A program made the translations under genes and the position numbers. A stretch of DNA of 64,000 nt from contig OZ024742.1 in the NCBI GenBank assembly GCA_964016885.1, positions 199,640,001-199,704,000 of the forward strand, in the 5' to 3' direction. This DNA is from Eledone cirrhosa (lineage: Eukaryota). This document shows, piece by piece, positions 27,751 to 41,528 of the stretch. The notes under the pieces were generated by a model that was not told the DNA's origin, did no database searches, and saw only the letters and a program-made list of their open reading frames with translations. Position 1 is the first letter of the stretch; each line of letters starts with the position of its first letter.

Positions 27751-28110
27751 TAAATGCGGAAATCCCTACTTTATAAATAAATGTTTTGATATTATACTGA
27801 AAAAATCCCTCCGCTATTTTCTACTGTAATTTTTCCTTTTTACTTTTTGTTTATACACACACACACACACACATATATATATTCGAAAGTAAGATTTTTC
27901 TATATATCCCACTCGGGTAAAAATATACGAAAAATAAGTTGAAAATGCAATTGGAGTCCTTAAGAAAGTTTATTTTCAATAATTCATAACTTAACCGATT
28001 TCACAAGTTTCATCATTTTCAAAAGTTAAGCGAGATGGAGAGTTGTGTGGCTTCGCCAACTTGTAACTCAAGTTGTCGAAGCCACAAACATATCTCTCTC
28101 TCTCTCTCTC

Positions 28111-28189
<79 letters not shown>

Positions 28190-28305
28190 TCTCTCTCTCT
28201 ATATATATATATAGTAATAATAATAAATTTGAAGACTAAAATCCAAAGAGGATTCGATAAGGATAAATATATATCAAATATATAAGAACCGTAGAGCAAA
28301 TATTT

Positions 28306-28435
28306 ATTAAAATAACAGATTAAAGTTTAAGCAAAGAATCGTTGCTTTCACCCTTAACGGAATCTTCTGAAGAAGTTTCAGAAGATCCCGTTAAGGGTGA
28401 AAGCAACGATTCTTTGCTTAAACTTTAATCTGTTA

Positions 28436-28443
<8 letters not shown>
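28306..28443. mobile_element. near-perfect palindrome of HHR module R4
   Basis: 28306-28371 is the reverse complement of 28377-28443; ends in (TA)n. Confidence 0.85.
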
Positions 28444-28487
<44 letters not shown>

Positions 28488-28873
28488 TGATGTGTGTGTG
28501 TGTGTGTGTGTGTGTCCTCATTTTTGCAAAGTCTATACAAATCCACATTTCTACTCCGATTGACTTCAAACTTGCATTTATATATTCCTTGCGGTCTAAA
28601 AATATTAACTGCAGCTTTTATTTTTCAATTTTCTGTTGTTAAAGGGATGTTAGGCGCCGGTTATCCATCTCCGTCACGCTCTTATAATATCTGTCTGTAT
28701 GCCTGACTGTCTGCATTACGACATTCTGAGGAACATTGATGACGTATTATGTTCGCTGTTATCCGTTCATTGCCAGGGAACGTCTTCACGAACCAAAGTA
28801 TCGTCTTCCTGTTTTCCTTCGGTTGCAACGTTTTTCGAAATATTTACTTCTGCCTTCACAGATTGATGTTTTT

Positions 28874-28924
28874 AGTTTCAGAAGATCCCGTTAAGGGTGA
28901 AAGCAACGATTCTTTGCTTAAACT
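28874..28924 (+). ncRNA. hammerhead-like motif R4 (CAGAAGA core, 5-bp stem III); copies at 25813-25863+, 28374-28424+, 45279-45329-
   Basis: AGTTT CAGAAGA T CCC(gttaa)GGG T GAA AGCAA(cgattct)TTGCT T AAACT. Confidence 0.65.
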
Positions 28925-28941
28925 TTAATCTGTTATTTTAA

Positions 28942-29739
<798 letters not shown>

Positions 29740-29986
29740 CAATATGAAAAGCAGATCTATTGAGTAAGTGACAAATATTAACTAAGACAGCAGCAGCAAC
29801 ATGAAAACACCCCACCCACACACCACCATCACTAGCTCCACCACTCTTGCTACTAACAGCAGCAAACAACAATAACAACGTGAATATCCCCCAAACAAAA
29901 GGAAACCAAATATAAGAAATGTATACTATAACTGATAAAGGAAATTCCTATGCAAGGCCATTGTATACAAACGATGAAAGACAGGG

Positions 29987-30040
<54 letters not shown>

Positions 30041-30043
<3 letters not shown>

Positions 30044-30204
30044 AACCAGTAAGACCCCGACGGCTGAGCTCAAGAATTAGCCGTCGAAACGGCTTGAGCT
30101 CAGCCGTCGGGGTCTTACTGGTTCCTATTACCCACTCTACTACCCTAAGTATTGAGTACTTCGGTGCGTTATGGTCCACCTGGTTCCTTACCACATTTCC
30201 TTCG

Positions 30205-30207
<3 letters not shown>
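30041..30207 (+). mobile_element. tiny fold-back insertion of the family R5 3' end
   Basis: Perfect 34-bp arms 30041-30074 / 30094-30127 plus an ~80-bp tail shared with 43626-43741; (TA)n on both sides. Confidence 0.8.
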
Positions 30208-30240
<33 letters not shown>

Positions 30241-30355
30241 ATATATACATGTTTGTACATATAAATGTTTGTATATACATATGTTTGTATATATATGTGT
30301 TTGGATATATATTTATGTTTGGATATATATTTATGTTTGGATATATATGTGTTTG

Positions 30356-30387
<32 letters not shown>

Positions 30388-30686
30388 GTATCTTCCCGGA
30401 CTGTGCGATGCATTGTGTCCTTGAGCAAGATACATTTTTTCACATTGCTCCAATTCACTCAACTGTAGAAATGAGATGCGACGTCACTGGTGTCAAGCTG
30501 TATTGGCCTTTGCTTTTCTCTTGGATTACATCGATGGCGTGGAGAGAAGAGACTTGGATGCAGAGGCGACTGCTGATCTTCATCAAAAAGACCTTGCCCA
30601 GCCTTCTGCCTTGGAGGGGAACTTTCTTGGTGTAAATCCAATGGTCGATCGTGACTGAAGTGTTCTTTTCCTCTCTCTGTCTTTAT

Positions 30687-30784
<98 letters not shown>

Positions 30785-30787
30785 TAT

Positions 30788-30819
<32 letters not shown>

Positions 30820-30824
<5 letters not shown>

Positions 30825-31331
30825 TAAACGGAATAGAAAATGCTGACAAATTGTTCACAGTTGAAAAATGGTTTAATTAGGAATAAAAGAGTATTAGTGA
30901 TTGTATGGGTTAGTATTCAGTTGTGGTTTTAAGTTTTTAAGTTTTTACCGGTTGCGCATTTCTAAATGCTTTTCAAAAATAATTTTGAGATAGAGTAGAA
31001 ATAAAGAGTAGAAATATAGAGTAGAAATAAAGTAGAAATAACGCTGGAGCCACTTTTTTAACATAAAAACAGGTAGAATTCCCAAAACTAATCAGATCAG
31101 AGCAAACAGCACGGACACTCTATCTCAAAATTATTTTTGAAAAGCATTTAGAAATGCGCAACCGGTAAAAACTTAAAAACTTAAAACCACAACTGAATAC
31201 TAACCCATACAATCACTAATACTCTTTTATTCCTAATTAAACCATTTTTCAACTGTGAACAATTTGTCAGCATTTTCTATTCCGTTTACCAATATATAAT
31301 AACTTGTGTGTTACACCTCTATTCTTTTAAC
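30820..31331 (+). mobile_element. fold-back element (family R6) with degenerate HHR
   Basis: ~177-bp arms 30820-30996 / 31117-31293 that appear identical; TTGAAAA GCATT(taga)AATGC GCAA CCGG TA at 31137-31167; ~36-bp tail then (TA)n. Confidence 0.8.
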
Positions 31332-31354
31332 TATATATATATACATATATATAT

Positions 31355-31417
<63 letters not shown>

Positions 31418-31876
31418 CATATATATACACACACATATATATATATATATTTATATATATATATAGAGAGAGAGAGGGAGAGAGAGAAAGTAAAGAAAAC
31501 AAACATAGAGATAGACATTTCCCTTCATCAGTTATTTGTTGCGGGTCTCAGATGTTTAGGCGCATTAAAAACAATACATCTATCCCCAGTGCGATAATAA
31601 CTTAGAAAGTTATTAGGGAAAGAAAAGAGGAAAAGGAGACGATAGCGAAAAGAGAGAAAATAAACGGAAGAGAAAGAAAGAAGAGAAAAAAAAAGAAAAA
31701 ATATCATACTGATAGAGAGGGGAAGACACATGACAGTGGTACATGTCAAGTGGAGAGAAGACGAAGTTAGAAAAGGCAGCTGGGTTTAAGCCCAGAGACT
31801 TTATTATCAGCAGAGAGCTAAGATAAACACGTCTATTCTGAGTGAGAAGGGGAGTAAAGAGAGAGATAGAGAGAGA

Positions 31877-31921
<45 letters not shown>

Positions 31922-32105
31922 GAAGGAAACGGAAGTAGTAAGGGGACAGAGAGAGGGGAGAAAGAGAGAGGTATGAGTAGGGGAGAGAGAAAGAAAGGAG
32001 AGAAAAGAGCTAATCCACAAAATAGTAAGATATAAGTCTGACTGGAATAATGACAACTGGGGAGAAGAGAGGATAGAACGGAGGTCACAGCAATAAATAA
32101 ATATG

Positions 32106-32145
<40 letters not shown>

Positions 32146-32239
32146 GCACACAATTAAATGTTTACTCTTGCATATGCAAAATTACTTTTTAACACACACA
32201 CACACACGCATATATATATAAGGCTTTCTCTGTTAATGT

Positions 32240-32321
<82 letters not shown>

Positions 32322-33253
32322 AATGAAAAATGGCGTGCTGTGTTGTTGCAATTGTGATATACAAATTAAAATGAAGAATTAGAAATAGGACTATCCATCA
32401 TCAGTGATCTACTAACCATCATAGATATTTCTTCGCACTAAAGACCAGATACCTCAGCCTAGCGCGAACAATGACGAAAATAAGTTATTGGGATAAAAAG
32501 AATTGGGTGGAGAAAGAGAGACAGGTAAACAAACATGAATGGTGAGGCAACGTAAAGAGTGGACAATTGAGAAAATCAAGTTAATGATTCATTTGAACAT
32601 AAGAACTTGCAAATATTGACGAGAAGACGAGAGACTCATCCCAGCCATGCGAAAGTAAGCGAGGAAAGATTTACGCACGGTGTGGGACGATGGAGGAAGT
32701 GAGAGAGTGGGTGAGTAGCAGAGAGTGAGTGAGTGAAAGTGTGAGGAAGAGGCTAACATTGCATACATGCATAGATTCACACTAATACTTATGATGTATA
32801 TATAATTGGCAATGTAACTGAATTATTTGAGCAAAAAATCTGAAAATGTTTTGGTTTCCCATAATGAACAAACAAAACTAACACGCCTCCTTCAAATCCA
32901 AGCGATTAGTGGTATAATAAACCTGTTAAGAGATTCTCCACAATGCACTACGGTGTCCGACAATCGAACCGATGGCACTAGGATTGAAAGCCCAACACTC
33001 CAGCTATTAGACTACGTGTCTAATTACATTTTCTCTTCCCCAGTCTGCCGGGGTCGTGGGGCGGCCAGCACGTGGGACTCTATTTGCTCATAATACAGAG
33101 AGATGGGGAGGGCGAGAGAGATGGAGGCGACGACAGTGGGAGTTCGGCTCTCCCATGTTCGGACTTGGTGTGCAGCGTCAGTTGTCCGTAGGGAGGTAGT
33201 GGTTTGTACTTAGTGAAGGTTTTCAGATTCCTGTATGTATTATTATATGTTTG

Positions 33254-33651
33254 GGCGGTGGATTGGCAGTATCGGTAGAGGGTCGGACGCCATGCTTTCC
33301 AGCATAGTTACGTCCCTTTACGATCTGAGTTCAAATCCCGCCGAGGTTGACTTTGCCTTTCATCCTTACGGGGTCGATAAAATAAAGTACCAGTAATGTA
33401 CTGAGTATTTGCTGGCCTTGTGCCTAAAGTAGAAACAATTATGTTTGGGCGGTAGATTGGCAGTATCAGTAGAGGGTCTGACACCATGCTTTTCAGCATA
33501 GAGTTGCGTCCCTTTACGGTCTGTTTTCAAATCCTGCCGAGGTTAATTTTGCCTTTCATCTATACGGGGTCGATAAAATAAAGTACCAGTAATTCACTGA
33601 AATAATTGCTGGCCTTGTGCCAAAAATAGAAACAATTATTATATGTTTGGG
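33254..33651 (+). mobile_element. two head-to-tail S1 SINEs
   Basis: Full heads at ~33254 and ~33447; TSD ATTATTATATGTTTGGG at 33239 and 33635, partial copy between them. Confidence 0.88.
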
Positions 33652-33963
33652 TTCATGATACATTATGGTTGAAGTATCTTTTTTATTCCAAATTTTAAAC
33701 CAAAATGATTTAAACCTTAATGTATACATCTTTGCTTGTCTCTCTCTATGTTTTCCTTTCTCTCTCTCTTCATTTCTCTTTCTTTCATATCCTCTCCTTC
33801 CCTAAACTCAACTATTACTTGTTTTTCGTACCTGAAAAAAGGAAATATTTACATAACTGCCACAGTCCCAGCTTCAAACCGTAATGTTCCATTCCACTGT
33901 CATTGACCGGTAATATCAACATAAAAGTTAGGATTCTTCTCAACATGTTGCTATAGTTATTAA

Positions 33964-33975
33964 TGTTGATGTAGC

Positions 33976-34023
<48 letters not shown>

Positions 34024-34024
34024 T

Positions 34025-34065
<41 letters not shown>

Positions 34066-34096
34066 TGTAGTAGTAGTAGTAGTAGTAGTAATAGTT

Positions 34097-34129
<33 letters not shown>

Positions 34130-34135
34130 ATAGTT

Positions 34136-34166
<31 letters not shown>

Positions 34167-34558
34167 CAATAGTAGTAGTCGTTGTAGTAGTAGTAGTATT
34201 TGTAGTAATAGTAGTAGTAGTAATAGTTGTAGTTGTAGTAGTAGTATTAGTAGTAGTAGTAGTAGTAGTAATAGTAGTAGTAGTAGTAGTAGTAGTAATA
34301 GTTGTAGTAGTAGTAGTAGTAGTAGTAGTAGTTGTAGTAGTTGTAGTTGTAGTTATTGTTGTTGTTGCTGTTATAGTCATAGCTGCAGTAGTAGTTGTCG
34401 TTGTAGTTATTGTTGTTGTAGTTGTATCTGTAGTAGCAGTTGATGTTGTAGTTGTTGTTATTGTTGTTGTTGTTGCTGTTATAGTTGTAGCTGCAGTAGT
34501 AGTTGATGTTATAGTTGTTGCTGTTGTTGTAATTATTGTTATTGTAGTTATGTTTTGT

Positions 34559-34601
<43 letters not shown>

Positions 34602-34657
34602 ACAGCAGTAGCAGAAGCAGAAGTATTATTATTATTATTGTTGTTATTATTATTATT
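33964..34657. repeat. compound trinucleotide microsatellite (TAG/TTG/CAG/TTA)n
   Basis: Direct inspection. Confidence 0.95.
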
Positions 34658-34846
34658 GAGTCTGAACGGACGTCTTTTTGCTCGCTCCCGTAAGTTCACT
34701 TATTTACCTGTCAAAACTGATTTATTGAATTTTTTGTTGTTGTGTAAGGCATACAAGCCCTTGGACTTTGCCCTGTGAAGAGGAAAGAATAATATTTTAA
34801 CTTTTTTACATTTTAAAAAATTATCGAGAAAAAAACCCCCCAAAAC

Positions 34847-35959
34847 ATGGCTGAGCCACGCCCCCCAGCGATATGTCTGCTGTCGTGCGACAACGACGAA
34901 GAAGTTGAGAGGAGCGCTACGGCGAAATTAACAGAAATTGATACAACAGACACCACCACAAACAATGTAAACAAAGACACCAATGATAACAACACTGAGA
35001 ACTCTAATTTTGAAAAAAATGACAGTAACAGCGACAACGAAAATACAGAGAACAGAAAAAATGACATATGCAACAACAATATCAACACCACTAACATGAA
35101 AACAAATAGCAACAACACCAACAGCAACAATACCAACTGCACCAAGAACAACGGTGGCACCAAAGACAACAATGATAACAGCGACAGTGATAACAACACC
35201 AACAAGAACAACGACAACAACAACAACACCCCCAACGACAACAAGAAGAACACTTTCGCTGCGGCAGCAGCAAAAAAGAGGCCATGCTTCAACATGGACC
35301 TCTCAAACAAAGATGAAAAGTTGGCACAGGCATGGAAGCTCATCAAGCAAGAGCAAACCTGGGTCAACTTAACTGTCCCGGTAGAAGCTATTGAGGCAGT
35401 GGAGCGCAGAACGGTGCATTATAGATGCGTCTCAGCACAAACCAAAAGGACAGCTTTAATCCCACAAGAAGATGTCGAAGTCGCGCTGAGGTTAATCAGA
35501 GAAGACACCGAATACATAGCAAGGGGCAGACAGTATGGCACCATTTCGGTGCTGTTGAAGTCAGAAGCCCTCGCTATGAAACACGCTATGACTCCTTGCA
35601 AAACCAGCAAGGTCATAATATACCCCTCCCACATTGGGAAAAAGAACGGACCGTCTCCGCATTCCCAGAATCCCACCAGGATGTGGTGGCTTCTGGGATG
35701 TGTGATTGTGGAGGGGACGGATACCGTCCCGATAGAAGTGACCAGAACGGCCAGAGAGGACTGGTCCGGGGTTGACCTGGAAATCCTTCTCCAGATAAGG
35801 CCCGAGAATGTGAAGACAATCCCGGACCACATCCGCCTTCAGAATGGGACGGTCATTCATATTATGACCGAGGGCAAAAGGCCGCATTGTTTTGTTTGTG
35901 GAGAAAAAACTCATTTGCGAGCCTTCTGCCCCCAACTGCTGAAAGTTGCAAGGGGTTGA
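34847..35959 (+). CDS. LINE ORF1 (gag-like, zinc knuckle), frameshifted downstream
   Basis: CFVCGEKTHLRAFC; TFAAAAA motif; homologous to 61299-62360. Confidence 0.8.
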   Translation: MAEPRPPAICLLSCDNDEEVERSATAKLTEIDTTDTTTNNVNKDTNDNNTENSNFEKNDSNSDNENTENRKNDICNNNINTTNMKTNSNNTNSNNTNCTKNNGGTKDNNDNSDSDNNTNKNNDNNNNTPNDNKKNTFAAAAAKKRPCFNMDLSNKDEKLAQAWKLIKQEQTWVNLTVPVEAIEAVERRTVHYRCVSAQTKRTALIPQEDVEVALRLIREDTEYIARGRQYGTISVLLKSEALAMKHAMTPCKTSKVIIYPSHIGKKNGPSPHSQNPTRMWWLLGCVIVEGTDTVPIEVTRTAREDWSGVDLEILLQIRPENVKTIPDHIRLQNGTVIHIMTEGKRPHCFVCGEKTHLRAFCPQLLKVARG

Positions 35960-36749
35960 AAGACTCCACTGCTGCCGACGCCGGGGCGAGGACCACAAAC
36001 AACACCAGCTCCGGCAAAACCACCAACAACAACACAAATAGAAAGACCACCACCAACATTGACCACCCAGGGGGGAAACGAGGAAAGATGTCAAATTCCC
36101 CCTCCCCCCAAAAAAAATACACACACCAATAAAAACATAAACACACACAGAGGCACACTTACAGACACAAACCCCTCATCTACCAGTAGTGAAGATGAGG
36201 GAAAACCCAAATCCCCCAAAATACAAAAAAGGAAACTCAAAAAGGAAAAAAAAACTCAACAAAGCACAAAATCATCCACAATAAAAAACGCAGACGCCAC
36301 CCACGCACACATCTCTCCAATAACACCAACATCAACACCACCATCACCATCACCAGAATCCCCCAAACGCAAACAACCTAAACAGACGCAAGAAAAAATA
36401 CACACACAAACATCGGAAACCACAGACACCGCACACACAACAAACACAGACACAACCGAAACAACACCACCAAAACCATCACCACCACAACCACGCAAAC
36501 AAATAAAGTCACACCAACAAAACATACAAAACTTTGTGCTCGTCAGGACGGCCAACAAGGAACTGATGGCCCTCGTAGCAAGAAGTGAAAATATACAAAA
36601 TATACAAAAAATATACATTTCGCGTGCCGGAAGATTTGTTTCTGGTGCGAATGTCGCTCAATTTATACAAAGAGATACGAGACAGCTTTCCTCGGGACGT
36701 GGGAACCCCGAACGTAAAACCCACTTCAAGACTTTTAAAGGGGTTCCCA

Positions 36750-39700
36750 AAAGAAGTTTAAATGTTCGAGGCCTGGGATCGTCCTGGAAGCAGGGTCACC
36801 TGCTCAACGACCTCAGGTCTCTAGAAATGGATGTAATTGCGGTCAGCGAGACCAGGATTTCCGACACGCGCGCACTAGCCCCCATTTTCGACGACTATCA
36901 GATCTTTGCATCTGTTAGCCGACCGGGAATGGGAGGCGGGGTGGCAGTGCTGTTTAGGAAAGGCCTGGATCTCGAGGTAAGGTGGATCTTCCGGTACCCG
37001 GACGGGAAGTTGGTGGTCCTGGACGTGAACAATAACGAAGATGGTGCCTTTAGACTGGTGGCCGTCTATGCTCCTACTGTGGCAGGACGGCCGGACTTCT
37101 TTAGACGCCTGGAAGCCTTTCTGGGTACGTCTCGCCCTTTACTGTTAGCGGGGGACTGGAACGGCATCTTAGACGCACGCTGGGTCTGTATGGGAGTATC
37201 CGATAGGAACGGGGGGGGGGGGGGTGCAAAAGCCTCAAGAACCTGATCTGCCAGTTCCAACTGTCTGACAGGTACCGACTAGATTTCCCTAATGCGCCAG
37301 TGTGGACCTGGACTAACCGCATAGGGCCATCTGGAATCTAGATTCTAAATTCTAGATCGTATATAGACAGGATATTCATTAGGAAAATAGACAGAAATAG
37401 TGTAAGCTGTCCACGTTTTAAAACGGTCGCCTATTTAGATCACAAGTTTGTGATCTGTATGGTCGACCTAGATAAGACACGTAGGTTAGGACCTGGTTAC
37501 TGGAAGCTAAACATGTCATTTCCGGCACGTAAGGCTTACAGGGACCAATCAACAATTTAGTTAAGAAAAAGTTGACAGGGGGAGTCGTCAACAATAGATG
37601 GTGGGGGGCTTTCAAAAGAGAGATTAGAGTAATGTCGATAGAATTTAGCAAAGAAGTAGCGTTAGAGAAAACTAGAAAGGAGGGGGAGTTGGTAGATAAG
37701 TTAGACGAGGCTATTGGTAGTGGCATTGAAACTGATGTGCTAGCGGCGAGAATGGCATTAGACCATTTCTTCAATGCGAAACACGAAGGTTGCATTGTCA
37801 GAGCTAAGGCGCGTGCTCTGAGAAACGAGGGAACCAAAGCTGTTCGATGGGCCCCCGTGGCAGAGGCGCAGCGTGGTAATAAAACCACGATTCGGTCTTT
37901 GACGGACCGAGACGGACACGATCTGAGTGATTCCAAGCGGATGTGTGAGGCCTTTCGCCAACATTTTGCTCGGTTGTTCGGGGGAAGTGGCGGGTCAGAG
38001 ACGGTGGCGGACTTCAGTCCCTACCTCGATGGCTTGCCGCAACTCTCGACGGCTGACGCTGGGCGCTGAGAAAGGCCAATTACTTCAGCCGAGATTCAGG
38101 ATGCCCTTGGCGGCTGCATGAGGCGCAAGTCACCCGGTTTGGATGGTCTTCCCTACGAGCTTTTCGTAAATATGTCAGACTTGTTCTCCAATCTCCTCGA
38201 AGCCCTCTACTGCAACTGGCAGCAAAACGGGAGTATTCCCAGTTCTGTGAGCCGGGGCGTAGTGACGCTGATAAGGAAATACGAGAACAAGAGGGACACC
38301 TTAGACAATTTCAGGCCCATAACTCTGCTCAACACAGAGTTTAAGATTTTGGCCAGGGTTTTAGCGAAGAGGTTGGCGCTTGTCGTCGGGGATTTGGTTG
38401 GGGAGGCGCAAACTTGCGCAATCCCAACCAGGTCCATACACGACAACCTCCACCTAATGCGATACGTCATAGAGAGGGTAGGGTATAAACCTGGCTTCGG
38501 TGGGGCTCTGATCAATTTAGATCAATCGAAAGCATTCGATAGGGTCGACCATCGGTACCTGGAGGCTGTGCTCAAGGCGGCTGGCTTCGGCCCCGTCTTC
38601 AGAAGCTGGATCGCTGCAATGCACAGCGGCACCTGCTCGGTGGTCAAAATTAATGGCCATCTCTCGGAACCGTTAAGGGTGCCCTCTCTCATCCCTTCTG
38701 TACGTATTGACTCTCGAGCCTTTACTGCGGAAGCTGGAGCTGTTGCACGGCATCCCGCTCGAACCGGGACGCGGAAAGGCTGTGTCGGCTTATGCGCACG
38801 ACATCACCGTGATGGTGTCGGACACCTCAGAAATAGAGGTGGTCGGCAACTTATTGGGGGAATATGAAAGGTTGACGGGAGCAAAACTTAACCCGGAAAA
38901 GTCGGTGGGCTTGCAACTCAGCACCTGGAGAGGCAAAGCCATGCCGTCCAACAGCGTCGTTAGGCGCTGGACGGACGGACCGGTAAAGTTGCTCGGGGTT
39001 TGGTTCGGGCCAGACCTCCAGGTGGATAAGAATTGGGACGAGGTGATGAGCAGGGTAGCCAATCTCACCCCAAAATGGGCTCGGATGAAGCTATCACTGA
39101 AAGGTCGGGAGGAGGTGGCGAACGTGTACATCGCGTCCGTCATCTACTACCGTCTGAACGTCGTCCCTTGCCCCCGTTCGCGCCTCGCCATATTGGAGCG
39201 GCTCCTCTTCAAATTTTTGTGGAGGGGTCAGGTTCCGCTGGTGAGGCGGTCCATCTGCTGCCAGCACCCTCTACGTGGAGGGCTGGGCATGCCGTGGCTA
39301 ATGGTGCGCAGGCATGCGCTGAGGCTGCGACATATCCAGATATTCTGCCTAAACGGTGAACAGGTGTGGTCGCCGTTTGTCAGACGGGCCTTTCCACAGC
39401 TCGTTTCTTTGACTGAGCTGCAGTTCTGAGTCAAGAAGAGACCGAGACTGGGTGATTGGCAGCTGGAATGTTGCCAGGCACTCACTGCCCTCTACCAGGC
39501 GGGCAATGCGGTCAGTGGAACTTCCACTCTCGAGTTCTATAGAGGATTAGTGGTGGGCAAGTGCGACGACGCACTCGGAGAGGCTCTGGGAGTCAACGAA
39601 GTCTAACTAACCAGTCTGTTCCCGAGGACTTTCGAGCCGGGACGATGGATAATTTCCAAAAAATCCCTCGCTTGGCAGTGCTACCGGGGGACACTGCCGG

Positions 39701-40161
39701 TTCGAGATAAACTCTACAGGCACGGAAGTGCTGTCAGACGGACCTGCCCGAGATGCGCGTAGAGCGACGAAACCGTTCTACACGCACTCGTCCAGTGTCC
39801 GTGCATTACTGACTTATGGAGTTATGTCGAACAGCTGTTGTCGCGTGTAGAACGGATCCGGCTATCGGCCGAGTCCATAGTGAAGATCGACCCTCCGCCT
39901 TCTTTTGGCCAGGAAGGACAGGCAATTTTCATCTGTCTGGTGGCAGTAGCGAAAGAGGTTGTATGGTGGACGAGGTTGAAAGGACTGAAGATAGACACTT
40001 TTCTCTTCGGCCAATCCCTCATCAACTTTTTCAAGTTTCACTTGGAAAGGAAGGTGAGGGTGGAGAGAGAAGTGCTGCCCCCCAGTACATTTGCTGCAAG
40101 GTGGGAGAATGAGGCGAGAATGGCCCGTGTGAGTGGGCCTACTCTGGTCATGCGGCTGTAG
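36750..40161 (+). pseudogene. LINE ORF2 (APE endonuclease + RT) with many stops and frameshifts
   Basis: SLNVRGL, DVIAVSET, GGVAVL, VYAP, GDWN; PGLDGLP, FRPITLLNTEFKIL, DQSKAFDRVDH, AYAHD (mutated YADD). Confidence 0.92.
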
Positions 40162-40430
40162 GTGGGTAAATTTGAGGAGGAGAGGGGTGCCCTTCCAGGG
40201 TGCTCTCGAAGCGTCGGGTCGTTCAGGATTGGTGGGGTACCTGAGCGAACCCTGGGTGGTCATCCCCCCTATTGGGGAATTTTTCTTGTATTTTTCTTGT
40301 TACTTTGTTATTGTTATTCATATTGTTTACTCGATTTTTCTGTAAAACCCCACTGTCCCAGTCTTTTGTATTGTCCCCTCTATGTCGGCCCTTGTGGCCA
40401 ATAAATGAAATCATTATTATTATTATTATT

Positions 40431-40864
40431 GTTCCTTGAGTCTCAGTCATTGATGTTATTTAACTGGAAAGTTTGTTGAAATGAATATCAAGCCGCTACC
40501 TGCAGCCTCAGATATTCAGGACTTGTCGGAGGGTTCTTGCTGTTCCCAGCAAGCATGCCCTTTGAAGTGTTCTAAAAAGCGGGGCTGGACTAATCTTCTT
40601 TAGCCCTCCTTGGAAACTCTTTGAGATTATACCTAGTGCGCCTATGACGGCCTTGATTTCATGGCAGTTCCAAATCCATTTTAACTCCCGCTTTAAGTCC
40701 TGGTATCGGGTAATTTTCTCCCTCTCCTTCTCTTGCACTCTCGTGTCAAATGGGCAGGCTACATCTACAATCAGGCACCATCTTTTTTCCTTGTCCAAAA
40801 CCACCAGGTCAGGTCTATTGTGTTCCAGTTTCTTGTCCGTCTGTATCCTAAAATCCCATAGCAC
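40431..40864 (-). mobile_element. 5'-truncated R4/Dong-like non-LTR element (restriction-like endonuclease C-terminus)
   Basis: VLWDFRIQTDKKLEHNRPDLVVLD..IVDVACP..EKITRYQDL..IGALG; (TAA)n at the 3' end and (GAA)n at the 5' end. Confidence 0.82.
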
Positions 40865-41229
40865 CTTCTTCTTCTTCTTCTTCTTCTTCTTCTTCTTCTT
40901 CTTCTTCTTCTTCTTCTTCTTCTTCTTCTTCTTCTTCTTCTTCTTCTTCTTCTTCTTCTTCTTCTTCTTCTTCTTCTTCTTCTTCTTCTTCTTCTTCTTC
41001 TTCTTCTTTCTGAGATATATGCCGAGTGTCTTCCTGACACCTGGGGCAAATAAATTCACAGTGTGCATTGGTAAGCCAGTTAATACAGCACATTGATTAT
41101 AAAAAAAAACAAACAGTATACATATATATACATGTCCATATGCATATGTAAATACAAGGAGGGATATCAATCTTACAGAGATAGTGCTCTTCTCAATACG
41201 TGTGCAGTACCAGTCCAAACAATTTTTGC

Positions 41230-41463
41230 ACCTCGTGCAGAGAGGGTAAACCAGGAATCATTCGCAAATATTGTTCTGTTCCTTTCTTGGTCATTCTCAG
41301 TCCTCCCACAATCACTGTTGGGGAATTTTTCATTGTTCTTTTTTGTTAATTCCTCTGTTTGTTGTTTTTTTACACGCAGAAATGCCCATTTGTACCGTCC
41401 TGCATTGTCCTGTACTGTCCTTAATGTCTACTTTGTGCAAACCCTTGTGGTTAATAAAGAAAG

Positions 41464-41464
<1 letters not shown>
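41230..41464 (+). mobile_element. 3' UTR remnant of another Tx1-type LINE (left boundary uncertain)
   Basis: CCCTTGTGGTTAATAAAGAAAGC(ATT)n resembles the 3' ends at 40388-40412 and 61043-61066. Confidence 0.55.

Positions 41465-41528
<64 letters not shown>

Larger units (their letters stand above)
34658..40412 (+). mobile_element. near full-length, decayed Tx1/L1-clade LINE inserted in (ATT)n
   Basis: ORF1 with CCHC; APE, RT and C-terminal Cys/His motifs; AATAAA at 40400; (ATT)n on both sides. Confidence 0.92.

Noticed and set aside
33940-34699. Mucin-like poly-Thr or poly-Leu/Asn ORFs
   Set aside because: Translations of a compound trinucleotide microsatellite with no complex sequence or splice evidence.
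40508-41218. 236-aa poly-Lys protein
   Set aside because: The (GAA)n tract merely joins unrelated DNA to a truncated RLE domain.
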